DNA of 64,000 nt. It comes from Bacteroidota bacterium (lineage in GTDB: Bacteria > Bacteroidota > Bacteroidia > Flavobacteriales_D > Sanyastnellaceae). Below, in pieces: positions 38,817-49,364 of the stretch. The position numbers and the translations under genes were made by a program. The stretch spans positions 4,640-68,639 of the forward strand of contig JBDKGG010000002.1 in assembly GCA_039798325.1 (NCBI GenBank), given 5' to 3'. Within the stretch, counting starts at the first letter, position 1. Each line of letters opens with the position of its first letter. The notes under the pieces were generated by a model. That model was not told the origin of the DNA and did not search any database. It saw only the letters and a list, made by a program, of their open reading frames with translations.

Positions 38817-40235
38817 TTACACCTTGCTGATTTTGACCATATTGGTCATCCCCTGCTCATTGATGGGCATAGAGGCAATATTGATCAAGTACTCGCCATC
38901 CTTGATGTAGCCACGCTTTTTCAACTCGTAGCGAATATCGGCGATGGTTTGATCTGTGCTGACCATTTTGTCATAATAGAAGGCTTTGACACCCCATACC
39001 AAGTTCATTTGGGTCAAGATGCGCTTGTTGCCGGTAAAAACAAAAACATTGGCCTTGGGTCTCCAGCTGGACACTTTGTAACCTGTGTAACCGGAAAAGG
39101 ACATTGCGACAATGGCGGCGGCATGGGTCCGCTGGGCCAAACGGCAGGCAGAGAAACAGACGCTATCGGTCAAAAAACGAGATTCGTCCGTTCCATCTGG
39201 TGCTTCTTCTTTGTGGTAAACATCTTCACAGAGTTCGGCCTGCTCCACAATATTGTTCATCATTTTAATCGCCTCCACTGGATACTTTCCAACTGAAGAC
39301 TCACCACTTAACATCACCGCATCAGCGCCATCGATCACGGCGTTGGCGACATCCGTCACTTCAGCACGGGTTGGTGTCATGCTGGTGATCATGCTCTCCA
39401 TCATCTGAGTAGCCACAATAACAGGCTTGGCATTCTCCACACATTTGCGCACAATCATCTTTTGCACCAATGGAACATTTTGAATGGGAATTTCTACTCC
39501 CAAATCACCACGTGCCACCATCACCGCATCGGTCTCGGCAATGATTTCATCAATTTGATCAACGGCTTCAGGTTTCTCAATCTTGGCAACTACTTTGGCG
39601 TGTTTGCCACTTTCTTGAATAATGGCTTTTAATGCAACCACATCAGCCGCATTTCTGACAAAGGACAATCCAATCCAATCCACATCACAAGACAATGCGA
39701 AGTGCAAATCTTCAATGTCTTTTTGGGACAATGAAGGCAAAGAAACTTTGGTATTGGGGAGGTTCAAACCTTTTTTAGAAGACAATACACCACCTTGAAC
39801 AACACGGGCCATCACTTCTTTTTGACCGTCGGTTGACTCAATCATCATCACCAGTTTTCCATCATCTAACAAAATGGTCTCACCTGGTTTAACATCGGCA
39901 GGAAATTCTTTGTAATTGGTATAAATCACTTCACTGGTACCGATTTGTTTCTCTGTTGTAATTTTTACCAACGCACCAACGGAAAGGTCTACTCCGTTGT
40001 TTTCCATCTCACCCACACGCAGCTTGGGACCTTGTAGGTCGGCCAAAATCGCAGTATGGGTTCCCAATTCCGCATCGATAGAACGAATGTGCTGAACCAC
40101 TTCTTCGTGCACTTCATGCGCGCCGTGTGAAAAGTTTAAACGAGCAACATCCAATCCGGCTTGTACCATGGCTTTCAATGTCTCACGACTTGTGGACGCT
40201 GGTCCAATGGTCGCTACAATTTTTGTCTTTTTCAT
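38817..40235 (-). CDS. pyk: pyruvate kinase
   Basis: The start was moved to the ATG at 40235 (MKKTKIVATIGPAS). Motifs NFSHG and MVARGDLGVEIP are present. Confidence 0.93.
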   Translation of the reverse strand: MKKTKIVATIGPASTSRETLKAMVQAGLDVARLNFSHGAHEVHEEVVQHIRSIDAELGTHTAILADLQGPKLRVGEMENNGVDLSVGALVKITTEKQIGTSEVIYTNYKEFPADVKPGETILLDDGKLVMMIESTDGQKEVMARVVQGGVLSSKKGLNLPNTKVSLPSLSQKDIEDLHFALSCDVDWIGLSFVRNAADVVALKAIIQESGKHAKVVAKIEKPEAVDQIDEIIAETDAVMVARGDLGVEIPIQNVPLVQKMIVRKCVENAKPVIVATQMMESMITSMTPTRAEVTDVANAVIDGADAVMLSGESSVGKYPVEAIKMMNNIVEQAELCEDVYHKEEAPDGTDESRFLTDSVCFSACRLAQRTHAAAIVAMSFSGYTGYKVSSWRPKANVFVFTGNKRILTQMNLVWGVKAFYYDKMVSTDQTIADIRYELKKRGYIKDGEYLINIASMPINEQGMTNMVKISKV

Positions 40236-40672
40236 CTTCTGTCCGTCTGTGGGAAACAGGCTTGTATCAGCCGTTCCAATGTTTTTATTTTGGTTAACTC
40301 TATTTCTAACGCAGCAGCAACTCCCGGTATTGTCTTGATTTTTGGAACCCAAAGCGGGGCAATCGGCTCACGCTCATGATCCAACTTCAAGATATAATCC
40401 CATCGCGCCCAATCCGGAATCAAAGGTCCATTGGGCGATTTGTTCTCAAACAAATTTACCTCCATCTTCTCCTCGTCACTGTTAAAAATGAACCGGGTAT
40501 GATAGGAAAATTCCTTATCTCGTTGAGGTACTTTTATGTCATCTATCCTGCACAAATCCAATTTCAAATGGGTATTGAGCAACCATGCCAAGCGCACCTC
40601 CATCTCGGATGAACTAATGACAATGAACTCCATCGAAGCTCCGTCATATCCCATTTCATCAAGGCTCGACAT
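40232..40672 (-). CDS. IPExxxVDY family protein
   Basis: 146 aa with FIVISSSEMEVRLAWLLNTHLKLDL and LIPDWARWDYIL (an IPExxxVDY-type motif). It sits in the conserved position upstream of pyk. Confidence 0.68.
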   Translation of the reverse strand: MSSLDEMGYDGASMEFIVISSSEMEVRLAWLLNTHLKLDLCRIDDIKVPQRDKEFSYHTRFIFNSDEEKMEVNLFENKSPNGPLIPDWARWDYILKLDHEREPIAPLWVPKIKTIPGVAAALEIELTKIKTLERLIQACFPQTDRR

Positions 40673-40706
40673 AACAATTTCCTACTTAGTGTACTTTCTA
40701 CACTTA

Positions 40707-40714
40707 CAAAGGTA
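40707..40714 (-). promoter_or_regulatory. -7 box TACCTTTG upstream of the IPExxxVDY-pyk operon
   Basis: Exact TAnnTTTG match on the minus strand, 35 nt upstream of the ATG at 40672. Confidence 0.45.
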
Positions 40715-40731
40715 AGCGATAATTTTATAAA

Positions 40732-41658
40732 CTAGACCAATTCCATCGTGAAAGATTGGTTATCATTTTCTTGGCGCCTGATGCGCAATGGACGACCCAG
40801 ATAAACGGCTTCATTTTGTTCCCAATGACCCGATGGAAAATCAAACACAATGGGCAGGTTCAGGGTTTGAGCATAGGATAACAGAATTTCCTCCGCCGTC
40901 TTTCCCCATGGATTGTCCATGGAAAAACCAAATGCCTGGGTATTGTCTTTCATTTGGGTCAATCCACCTACTACTATTCCCTTGACGTTGTTCAACAATC
41001 CCGAACGCATGAGTCCTTGCATCATTCGGTCCAAATGGTACAACATTTCATCGACATCTTCCAACAGTAAAAAACACCCTGCTGTCTTGGGCTGAGTGGG
41101 AGAACCCAACTGTGAATAAATGACGCTCAAGTTTCCACCCACCATGGGTGCTTCAGCATCCTGCCATCTCCATGAAGCTCCCTTCCACGTTCTGCTCTGC
41201 CAATGGCCCATCAACGCGCCTTGCAATTGTGACAAGGCAAGGGGGGTGCATGAAGGAAAGGAAATGGGCATGGTGGAATGTATGGTGGACAAGCCCAGAT
41301 TGTTCCAACGGTTGTGCAATACTGTGACATCACTGTATCCGCAAATCCATTTGTTGCTATTTAAGATAACATCATCTGGAATGGCATCGACGACCCTTAC
41401 CGATCCGTATCCGCCACGTGCAATCATGATTGCCTTGATTTCTACATCCTTCAAACATTGCATCAGACCATCAATACGCTCTTCATCAGTGCCCGCCAAT
41501 TGATCGTTTTGAACAAAAACTTGCGGCATGACAACAGGTATCAGTCCCCAACTTTCCAAAATCAACTGGGCCGGTTCCCACTGCTCTGGCGTCAACCAAC
41601 GTGCTGTGGCACAGATACCGATTTTTTCTCCCTTCTGTAAAAAAGGTGGTTGTATCAT
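40732..41658 (-). CDS. LD-carboxypeptidase (peptidase S66)
   Basis: 308 aa with GGYGS and the typical S66 layout. It overlaps the metG stop by 1 nt (TAATG). Confidence 0.83.
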   Translation of the reverse strand: MIQPPFLQKGEKIGICATARWLTPEQWEPAQLILESWGLIPVVMPQVFVQNDQLAGTDEERIDGLMQCLKDVEIKAIMIARGGYGSVRVVDAIPDDVILNSNKWICGYSDVTVLHNRWNNLGLSTIHSTMPISFPSCTPLALSQLQGALMGHWQSRTWKGASWRWQDAEAPMVGGNLSVIYSQLGSPTQPKTAGCFLLLEDVDEMLYHLDRMMQGLMRSGLLNNVKGIVVGGLTQMKDNTQAFGFSMDNPWGKTAEEILLSYAQTLNLPIVFDFPSGHWEQNEAVYLGRPLRIRRQENDNQSFTMELV

Positions 41659-43727
41659 TAGGCAACGGAATTTCCCGGTTCGGCATTGCGATCAGGCACC
41701 AAAGCTGTCAATTGGCCTTGTGCATTCTCCGCCATTAAAATCATGCCTTGGCTCTCTACTCCCTTGATTTCTCGTGGTGCTAAATTGACCAACATCAAGA
41801 TGGTTTTACCCAAGAGGTCTTCTGGCTCATAATGCTCCGCTATACCACTGATGACGGTTCGTTGATCAAACCCTGTATCTACTTTCAACTTCAGTAACTT
41901 TTTGGTTTTGGGAACCCGCTCGGCTTCCAAAACTTTGACCATGCGCAAGTCCATTCCTTGAAATTGCTCAAAGGAAATGTTTTCTTTTGCTCCTTCCACT
42001 ACGGCCTGACTTTGCGCTTTGGATTGTTCCAGCTTGGATACTTGCAATGCCACCTGCTCGTCAGTGATTTTCTCAAAAAGGATTCCCAAACTTCCAATGG
42101 CATGTCCTGGCGACAAAAGAACTTTGTTTTCCCCATCCTGCCATGTCCATTGAGGCGCCTGCAAAGCCGCTTTGAGTTTGGCCGCTGTAAATGGCAAAAA
42201 TGGTTCAATGGCAATGGACAATCGGGCAATGATTTGCGCACATTGAAAAAGAATGAAAGCCGTTCGCTCCGGCTGGGTCTTCTGTAATTTCCATGGCTCG
42301 GTTTCCGTTAAATATTTGTTTCCCCAACGCGCCATTTGCATGGCTTCTGAAAGGGCCTCTCTAAAACGGAAAGCTGAAATTTTCTCGCCCACTGCGCGGA
42401 AACTTTGCTCCAATCCCAAAACCACTTCTTTGTCCAATTCGTCCGGCTCATAAGCCGTCACATCCGGTAAAACGCCGTTGTAGTATTTGTTATTTAAAAC
42501 AAAAACGCGATTGACAAAATTTCCCAAGATATCAGCCAACTCATTATTCACCCGGTCTTTGAAATCTGTCCATGTAAACTCACTGTCTTTCTGCTCAGGC
42601 ATGATGGAGCAAAGCACATAACGCATCTCATCTTGCTTACCCGGAAACTCTTGAATATACTCGTGCAACCAAACAGCCCAATTTCGCGAAGTAGAAATTT
42701 TGTCCCCTTCTAAATTCATGAATTCATTGGCGGGTACGTTGTATGGAAGAACAAAATCACCATGGGCTTTTAGAATAATCGGGAAGATGATGCAATGAAA
42801 AACAATGTTGTCTTTGCCAATGAAATGAATCAATCTAGAATCGGGGCTTTTCCAATAGTCTTCCCAATTTTTACCATTGGCATCGGCCCATACTTTGGTG
42901 TTGGTGATGTAACCAATGGGCGCATCCATCCAAACGTACAATACCTTGCCATCAGCGCCTTCAACTGGGACGGGGACACCCCAATCCAAATCGCGGGTCA
43001 TGGCGCGACTTTGCAATCCCCCGTCGATCCAACTCATGCATTGCCCCAAAACATGGGCCTTCCATTCTTTGGTGACATGGTGTTGAATGCCATCGAGCTG
43101 ACCGTCTTGAATAAAAGACTTGATCCATCCTTCGTGGCTGGCCATGGGCAAATACCAATGGGAAGTTTCTTTGAGCACAGGAGCGCTTCCCGTCAAAGTA
43201 GACTTGGGTTCAATCAATTCCAAAGGACTCAAGGCGCTTCCACATTTCTCACACTGATCGCCATAAGCGCGATCATTGCTGCATTTGGGGCATGTGCCGA
43301 TGATATAGCGATCCGCCAAAAACTGTTTGGCTTCTGCATCATAATATTGTTGCGACGTCTCTACCTCAAACATTCCCTTTTCCAACAAGCGCTGAAAGAC
43401 AGCCTGACTCATCTCGTGGTGCTCCTTGGCAGACGTGCGGTGATAAACATCAAACTGAATCCCAAAATCTGTAAACGCTTGGTGCATCAATTCATGATAA
43501 TGGTCCACAATCTCTTGGGGCGACTTGCCATCCTTGCGGGCGCGCAAAGTGATGGCCGCTCCATGCTCATCTGAACCGCAAACAAAAACAGCATCCTTCT
43601 GATTGGCCTTCAAATACCGAACGTAAATATCCGCAGGAAGATATGCCCCTGCGATGTGCCCAATGTGTATCGGGCCATTGGCATAGGGAAGCGCTGCAGT
43701 AATTAAATATCTTTTGGGTTGATTCAT
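41658..43727 (-). CDS. metG: methionine--tRNA ligase
   Basis: 689 aa with PYANGPIHIGH, Zn-knuckle CPKC...CEKC, KISTSR, and a C-terminal tRNA-binding domain. Confidence 0.95.
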   Translation of the reverse strand: MNQPKRYLITAALPYANGPIHIGHIAGAYLPADIYVRYLKANQKDAVFVCGSDEHGAAITLRARKDGKSPQEIVDHYHELMHQAFTDFGIQFDVYHRTSAKEHHEMSQAVFQRLLEKGMFEVETSQQYYDAEAKQFLADRYIIGTCPKCSNDRAYGDQCEKCGSALSPLELIEPKSTLTGSAPVLKETSHWYLPMASHEGWIKSFIQDGQLDGIQHHVTKEWKAHVLGQCMSWIDGGLQSRAMTRDLDWGVPVPVEGADGKVLYVWMDAPIGYITNTKVWADANGKNWEDYWKSPDSRLIHFIGKDNIVFHCIIFPIILKAHGDFVLPYNVPANEFMNLEGDKISTSRNWAVWLHEYIQEFPGKQDEMRYVLCSIMPEQKDSEFTWTDFKDRVNNELADILGNFVNRVFVLNNKYYNGVLPDVTAYEPDELDKEVVLGLEQSFRAVGEKISAFRFREALSEAMQMARWGNKYLTETEPWKLQKTQPERTAFILFQCAQIIARLSIAIEPFLPFTAAKLKAALQAPQWTWQDGENKVLLSPGHAIGSLGILFEKITDEQVALQVSKLEQSKAQSQAVVEGAKENISFEQFQGMDLRMVKVLEAERVPKTKKLLKLKVDTGFDQRTVISGIAEHYEPEDLLGKTILMLVNLAPREIKGVESQGMILMAENAQGQLTALVPDRNAEPGNSVA

Positions 43728-43736
43728 GTGGCGAAT

Positions 43737-44675
43737 TTACCGCACAGAAACGCTTGCCCAAACAGGAATGTGATCACTTATGAGCCGCGCGCTTTTCAAA
43801 TCGCCAAACTGCGTGGTAAAGTCAACCGTTCCTTGTGCCCCAATCTGCAATTCCTTTTGCTCAAAATACACGTGATCAAATGGGTTGGCCAAATGCCTTC
43901 CCTCTTTGTCCGGCTTCATTTTGATGGTTGTTCGCACATTGTTCATGGCATCTTTAAATCCATTTTTCATCAGCGTTTCACCGCCATACTCCTCATTGGA
44001 TGCATTAAAATCTCCCACCATAACCAGATGGTCTTCAGCATACCATTTTGGAAAATCTTTGAGCAGTTCAATTTCGGCATTGGGGTATTTGCTCTGCGGA
44101 ACGGCGTGGAAGCTGGCTACTGTAATAACCTGGGACCCCTTCTCAAATCGGGCCATGAACGGTTCTCGATCGATGGCATCTGCCAAGTGTTCATCCAACC
44201 ATGGTTTGCCTTTTATTTTTACCCGAGACGGTTTCCAAAGAAAAGCATACCGCTCCACTCCCTTTCCTCCCGATGTTGGATTGCTCACAACATAATCCCA
44301 TTTGCTGCCCTTTCTATTCAAGGCATCCACCAATCGCGCTACTGCCTGCGCGCCGCCCTCACCCGCTACCACTTCTTGAATGGCAACTACTTCATATGAC
44401 TTCAATACATTGGCCATGACTCCGATCTCCGCATCATCCTTAGACTTGCCCAAATTGGCAATGTTCCATGACAACAGTTGAATCCCATTGGATAAATTGG
44501 TCTGTTGTTCTTCATTGATTTGTTCTTCCTGCGGCGCATCATTGCCTTTCGGTTCGGCATCATTTGAGACAGTGGACAGCCCCCCGGATTGAGGTGTACT
44601 TTGATGGCTGCTATTGGGATTGCAGGCAGCAATCGTCCATATAAAAAGAAAAAACCAACAGCTTAGGCGACCCAT
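43737..44675 (-). CDS. secreted endonuclease/exonuclease/phosphatase (EEP) family lipoprotein
   Basis: 312 aa with lipobox WTIAAC. The EEP pattern is LLSWNIANLG...VAIQEV...GDFN...SDHIPV. Confidence 0.8.
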   Translation of the reverse strand: MGRLSCWFFLFIWTIAACNPNSSHQSTPQSGGLSTVSNDAEPKGNDAPQEEQINEEQQTNLSNGIQLLSWNIANLGKSKDDAEIGVMANVLKSYEVVAIQEVVAGEGGAQAVARLVDALNRKGSKWDYVVSNPTSGGKGVERYAFLWKPSRVKIKGKPWLDEHLADAIDREPFMARFEKGSQVITVASFHAVPQSKYPNAEIELLKDFPKWYAEDHLVMVGDFNASNEEYGGETLMKNGFKDAMNNVRTTIKMKPDKEGRHLANPFDHVYFEQKELQIGAQGTVDFTTQFGDLKSARLISDHIPVWASVSVR

Positions 44676-45652
44676 TTGGCAACGATTTCAGCAATTTGTA
44701 CGGCATTGGTAGCAGCGCCCTTTCTCAAGTTGTCGGAAACCACCCAAGCATTCAAGGAAAAGGGAGCGGTATCATCTCTGCGCAAACGTCCAACAAATAC
44801 GGCGTCTTGATCATGGGCATGAATCAACGGCATGGGATACTCCGCCATGTCCGGGTTGTCCAATAATACAATACCTGGAAAATGAATCAAGGCCTCTCTT
44901 ACTTGTGCCATGTCAAACTCGCGATCAAAAGTTACGTTGATGCTCTCAGAATGTCCCCCCATCACAGGAACACGAACAGCAGTGGCGGTTACGGCAATGC
45001 CCTCATCTCCCATGATTTTCTTGGTCTCCAAGATCATTTTCATTTCTTCCTTGGTATAACCGTTATCCATGAAGACATCAATCTGCGGAATCAAATTCAT
45101 GTCGATGGGATAACGGTAGGCCATCTCACCTTCTACTCCATTCCGCTCATTCATCAATTGATCAACAGCCTTCTTGCCTGTGCCAGTTACACTTTGATAT
45201 GTGCTCACTATGACTCGTTTAATCCCATAAAGGGCATATAAGGGCTGTAAAAACATCACCATTTGAATAGTCGAACAATTTGGATTGGCTATGATCTTAT
45301 CCGCTGCGGTCAATACAGATCCATTGACTTCTGGGACAACCAACTTTTTAGAAGGATCCATGCGCCAAGCACTGCTGTTGTCAATCACCGTACAACCCAT
45401 AGCTGCGAACTGAGGAGCCCACTCCAAACTGGTTGAACCACCTGCTGAAAATAGCGCAATCTGCGGACCCATGGTCAATGCCTGTTGCGGAGTAACAACC
45501 GTATATTCATTGTCTTGAAAAACAATTTTACTCCCGGCTGATTTCTCGGTGGCTACAGGAATCAACTCCGAAATGAGAAATTTTCTTTCTGCCAAAACCT
45601 GCAACATTTTGGTTCCCACCAAGCCTGTTGCTCCTACTACTGCCACTTTCAT
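44663..45652 (-). CDS. asd: aspartate-semialdehyde dehydrogenase
   Basis: 329 aa with VAVVGATGLVG and the active-site region NPNCSTI. Confidence 0.93.
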   Translation of the reverse strand: MKVAVVGATGLVGTKMLQVLAERKFLISELIPVATEKSAGSKIVFQDNEYTVVTPQQALTMGPQIALFSAGGSTSLEWAPQFAAMGCTVIDNSSAWRMDPSKKLVVPEVNGSVLTAADKIIANPNCSTIQMVMFLQPLYALYGIKRVIVSTYQSVTGTGKKAVDQLMNERNGVEGEMAYRYPIDMNLIPQIDVFMDNGYTKEEMKMILETKKIMGDEGIAVTATAVRVPVMGGHSESINVTFDREFDMAQVREALIHFPGIVLLDNPDMAEYPMPLIHAHDQDAVFVGRLRRDDTAPFSLNAWVVSDNLRKGAATNAVQIAEIVAKWVA

Positions 45653-45707
45653 ATATGCGCCTTATGTGTTTCTGTTTAGAGTCACGAAGGTAAAATAGTT
45701 TCGCAGC

Positions 45708-47936
45708 ATGAAAAGCCTATTCACCCCTTTTATTTCATTGTTTTTTTCCATTGGTTATGGCCAATGGATGGAACAATTTTCAGGCACTTGGCCTTCCGCA
45801 GGATGGAATGGAGATGAAGATGCATTCATCATCAATAGCAACCAACAATTGCAATCTCAATTCAATCACCCTGGATTTTTCCAATTACAACATGATTTAA
45901 TTGCACCCGGTAACGTCCAAGAATTTTCCTGTTTCATCCGACAAAATTTTGCGGGTAGTAGCAATAACTTTGGAAGAATCCTACTGTACAATGCTGGTAA
46001 TCCCGATAGTGTGGGTCACAACAACAATGCGCAAGTTCAAGGATGGGTCATCCAATGGGGCAATGCGGGGAGTTCGGATTTGATTCAAATCTTTTGGAAT
46101 GATGGGGCGATTTGGGAACCCATTGCAGAAGCCTTTCCCATTGCCAATGGCGTTTATGGTCATTTCAAAATGGTCCAAGATACGATGGTCCATTTTTACT
46201 TTCAAGACAATGATTCGTCCCAATATCATCCATTATTGCACGTAGCTATTCCCACTGGTTTTTCCGCAACCAAATTGTGCCTGCAAGCACAATGCACCAG
46301 CTCCAATATGGCCAATTTCTTTTGGGATGATGTGTACTTTGGAGCGCCCATCTTTCCTCTGCAAGAGATGAATACGGGCAAAAGAAGTGTGGTCATCAAT
46401 GAGGTGTTGCCCGATCCAGACCCTCCGTCAGCCGCCGGAATCAGTGAATTCATTGAGCTGTATAATCCTTCTCCAGACAGCATACTGCTCATGGGTTGGA
46501 TGTTGTACAATACGTCAACAGCCCATGCCCTACCCCCTCGAATGATCCCTCCAAACGGCTACGCCATTCTCTGCCAAATAGAGGATACCATTCACTACAG
46601 TGGCAGGTGCTGGGGATTCCCGAGTTTCTCAACTTTAACCAATACAGGGGATAGTTTAACCCTCTGCTCTGCTGATGGCAGCATTGTCGATGTTTTTCAA
46701 TATGACTTCCAAACTTATAAGAACGCAGCCAAATCAGATGGTGGTTGGTCTTTGGAGCAACGAAACGCCACCCTTCCTTGCTCTGGAGAATTCAACTGGG
46801 CGGCATGCATTGATCCATCAGGAGCGACACCCGGAGCCATCAACTCCCTAAATGACCCCAACTTTCAAGCTCCGACCATGACCCTCACAGACTGGGGAAT
46901 CGACTTGGAACAACGACTATACTTGTGGTCCAACCTACCGTGGGATCAGGACAGCATTCGGATAAGCATAGAAAACCAATGGACCACTCTGCCCTGCCTC
47001 TCTTCCCACGACAGCCTTATCATTCCCTTACCCAGCCATTCAGAAACCATTCAAATCAGGATAGATTCTGTGTCATTTTGCCAGCAATCCATTCCGTCAT
47101 TCATTGAATTGGATGTTCCTTTCATTCAACCTTATGAAGGTGAAACCATTTCCTTCAATGAGATTCTTTTTCATCCGTCAGAAGGGCAATTTTCTTTTGT
47201 TGAACTATATAACAATGGAGAATCCCACTTCTCCTTGGATCATTTTTGGATTGAAAATCAAAGTGGCTCGTTGTATGGCATTCAAAACCACCACCACTTC
47301 ATCGGAGCGCACCAATACTTGGCTTTATCGGAGGGAGGTCTTTCCAGTCCTTGCGCTGAGGCACATTGTCATCTGGTTAAAAATCTGCCCTATCTCACCA
47401 TTTCAGAAGGCACTGTGTACTTGGGTTACACCTTTTACAAATTGGACACCTTGACCTACAACGAGAACATGCATCACCCTTACTTGTCAGAAACACAAGG
47501 CGTTTCATTAGAACGGGTGGAGGGAGATTTGAGTCAAGAGACTTGGCTATCCTCCAGCGCGCAAGTTGGGGGACAAACGCCGGGTTGTCCCAATTCACAA
47601 CAATGGAATTATTCCATCTCATCATCAACATTTCAATGCACCCCCGAATATTTCAGTCCCAACCAAGACGGGCGGACCGATGTTATTGCATTCACGTATC
47701 AAGGCAGTCAAGTTGGAGTTGAAGCCCATTTAAGGATTCTATCACAAGACGGATACGAGATGGCTCAGCTTTGCCAATCAGAATGGCTGGGGACGTCCGC
47801 ACAGTGGACATGGGATGGGCGCAATCAAGAAGGTTCACTCTGCTCACCAGGTTTGTACTTTGCCCTGCTCGAAATTGCGGACGGTCAAAGTCATCAATCC
47901 GCAAAGACCATTAAATCCTTTGTACTTTCGCCATGA
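45708..47936 (+). CDS. secreted lamin-tail-domain (LTD) protein with possible T9SS type-B-like C-terminus
   Basis: 742 aa with two LTD signatures (VINEVLPDPD...EFIELYNPS and FNEILFHPSEGQFSFVELYNNG). The C-terminal FSPNQDGRTDVIAF resembles the FxPNGDGxND motif. Confidence 0.72.
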   Translation: MKSLFTPFISLFFSIGYGQWMEQFSGTWPSAGWNGDEDAFIINSNQQLQSQFNHPGFFQLQHDLIAPGNVQEFSCFIRQNFAGSSNNFGRILLYNAGNPDSVGHNNNAQVQGWVIQWGNAGSSDLIQIFWNDGAIWEPIAEAFPIANGVYGHFKMVQDTMVHFYFQDNDSSQYHPLLHVAIPTGFSATKLCLQAQCTSSNMANFFWDDVYFGAPIFPLQEMNTGKRSVVINEVLPDPDPPSAAGISEFIELYNPSPDSILLMGWMLYNTSTAHALPPRMIPPNGYAILCQIEDTIHYSGRCWGFPSFSTLTNTGDSLTLCSADGSIVDVFQYDFQTYKNAAKSDGGWSLEQRNATLPCSGEFNWAACIDPSGATPGAINSLNDPNFQAPTMTLTDWGIDLEQRLYLWSNLPWDQDSIRISIENQWTTLPCLSSHDSLIIPLPSHSETIQIRIDSVSFCQQSIPSFIELDVPFIQPYEGETISFNEILFHPSEGQFSFVELYNNGESHFSLDHFWIENQSGSLYGIQNHHHFIGAHQYLALSEGGLSSPCAEAHCHLVKNLPYLTISEGTVYLGYTFYKLDTLTYNENMHHPYLSETQGVSLERVEGDLSQETWLSSSAQVGGQTPGCPNSQQWNYSISSSTFQCTPEYFSPNQDGRTDVIAFTYQGSQVGVEAHLRILSQDGYEMAQLCQSEWLGTSAQWTWDGRNQEGSLCSPGLYFALLEIADGQSHQSAKTIKSFVLSP

Positions 47937-47939
47937 AAG

Positions 47940-48572
47940 ATGTATTTACACCAAACTCCTCGATTGATTCGTGCATTGGGCACCGATTTTTTTTGGCGCA
48001 TTCCGACCGATCAAAAAGAGGTATTTCTAACTTTCGATGATGGGCCAACGCCCATCATCACGGAAAAGGTCTTGGATTTCTTGGCCCAATTTCAAGCCAA
48101 AGCCACATTCTTTTGCATCGGTAAAAATGTGGACAATCACCCTGAATTGTTTCAAAGGATAATATCTGAAGGACATCAAGTGGGGAACCACACCCAAAAC
48201 CATAAAAATGGATGGAAAACAGGATACGCTCAATACCTCCGAGATGTATTAATCGCGAAAAAAAACAACCCTTCCAACTTATTTCGCCCACCCTACGGTC
48301 AAATCAGTAGGACACAAACAAAAGCGTTGCTCAAACATTACTCCATCATCATGTGGGATGTTTTAACGGGTGATTTTGATGCCAACCTATCCGTTGAAAC
48401 CTGCATCGATAAAGTATTACAACTCACCAAACCGGGATCCATTATTGTATTTCATGACAGTCTAAAGGCCAGCCCTGTCATGCTACAGACACTTCCTGTT
48501 ATATTAAAAGAACTCCAACAAAGGGGGTTTCAATTTTCCGCCATTCAAGATTATCATGTACGTCGCTCCTAA
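47940..48572 (+). CDS. polysaccharide deacetylase (CE4) family protein
   Basis: 210 aa with LTFDDGP, HTQNH and RPPYG motifs. Confidence 0.85.
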   Translation: MYLHQTPRLIRALGTDFFWRIPTDQKEVFLTFDDGPTPIITEKVLDFLAQFQAKATFFCIGKNVDNHPELFQRIISEGHQVGNHTQNHKNGWKTGYAQYLRDVLIAKKNNPSNLFRPPYGQISRTQTKALLKHYSIIMWDVLTGDFDANLSVETCIDKVLQLTKPGSIIVFHDSLKASPVMLQTLPVILKELQQRGFQFSAIQDYHVRRS

Positions 48573-49320
48573 AAAACACCTGGGTCAACATTTCTTGACC
48601 AATCCTCAAATTGCTTCAGACATTGCACAAGCACTGACTGGATTTGGGGGATACCAAAAAATACTTGAAATTGGTCCAGGCACAGGTGCTTTGACGCAAC
48701 ATCTGCTGCAACTGCCTTATGAAACCCATGTGGTAGAGGTGGATCAACAATCCATCGTGTATCTGCATCTCCATTATCCACAACTCAAAAACCGCATCCA
48801 CTCCGCTGACTTTTTGAGGATGAATTTGCTCGATTTTTCCAAAGAACCCATCGCGGTTATTGGCAATTTTCCTTACAACATTTCGTCCCAAATCTTGTTT
48901 CATGTTTTGGATTACAAAGACCATGTTCCTGAATTGGTGGGAATGTTTCAAAAAGAAGTCGCCCTCAGGGTGGCCAATGGGCCTGGAACCAGAGATTACG
49001 GCATTCTCAGCGTTCTCATCCAAGCTTGGTATGACGTAGAATACTTGTTCACGGTGAACGAAAATGAGTTCAATCCACCACCAAAAGTAAAGAGTGGTGT
49101 CATCCGAATGAAGCGCAAAAACAACGATTCATTGGGTTGTAATGAACAACAATTTATTCAATTGGTGAAGCTGGCCTTTAACCAACGCCGCAAGACATTA
49201 AGAAATTCCATTAAAAGCCTTATTGCGCACAAAAATTGGGAACACGAGATACTTCAAAAACGACCAGAACAATTGGGCGTAGCGGAATTTATTTGGCTCA
49301 CCAACGAAGTATTTTCCTGA
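48556..49320 (+). CDS. rsmA: 16S rRNA (adenine1518/1519-N6)-dimethyltransferase
   Basis: 254 aa with KKHLGQHFL, EIGPGTGALT and GNFPYNIS. Confidence 0.92.
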   Translation: MYVAPKKHLGQHFLTNPQIASDIAQALTGFGGYQKILEIGPGTGALTQHLLQLPYETHVVEVDQQSIVYLHLHYPQLKNRIHSADFLRMNLLDFSKEPIAVIGNFPYNISSQILFHVLDYKDHVPELVGMFQKEVALRVANGPGTRDYGILSVLIQAWYDVEYLFTVNENEFNPPPKVKSGVIRMKRKNNDSLGCNEQQFIQLVKLAFNQRRKTLRNSIKSLIAHKNWEHEILQKRPEQLGVAEFIWLTNEVFS

Positions 49321-49352
49321 TGAAATTCATTGCCGACATTGGGGTTATCCGT

Positions 49353-49360
49353 TACCTTTG
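49353..49360 (+). promoter_or_regulatory. -7 box TACCTTTG immediately upstream of fbp
   Basis: Exact TAnnTTTG match only 4 nt before the ATG at 49365. This implies a leaderless or very short-leader mRNA, or use of the second ATG at 49371. Confidence 0.4.
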
Positions 49361-49364
49361 AGGC

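Noticed and set aside
40732-41658. The S66 LD-carboxypeptidase could be an MccF-like immunity gene linked to the E1-like/GNAT locus.
   Set aside because: It lies about 21 kb away and is translationally coupled to metG in a housekeeping block. There is no reason to link it with the 62-64 kb operon.
42795-43574. A 259-aa plus-strand ORF inside metG. Similar long antisense ORFs lie inside the TonB-like gene (57980..58612), fbp/GT2 (50190..50744), porX (25551..26027, 26205..26597) and ileS.
   Set aside because: They have no recognisable motifs and biased low-complexity composition. Each lies fully within a strongly supported gene on the other strand.
49316-49350. A CTGATGA...GAAA string after rsmA that superficially resembles a hammerhead ribozyme core.
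   Set aside because: No flanking helices I, II or III can be drawn. The match is limited to a 7-mer that is expected by chance.
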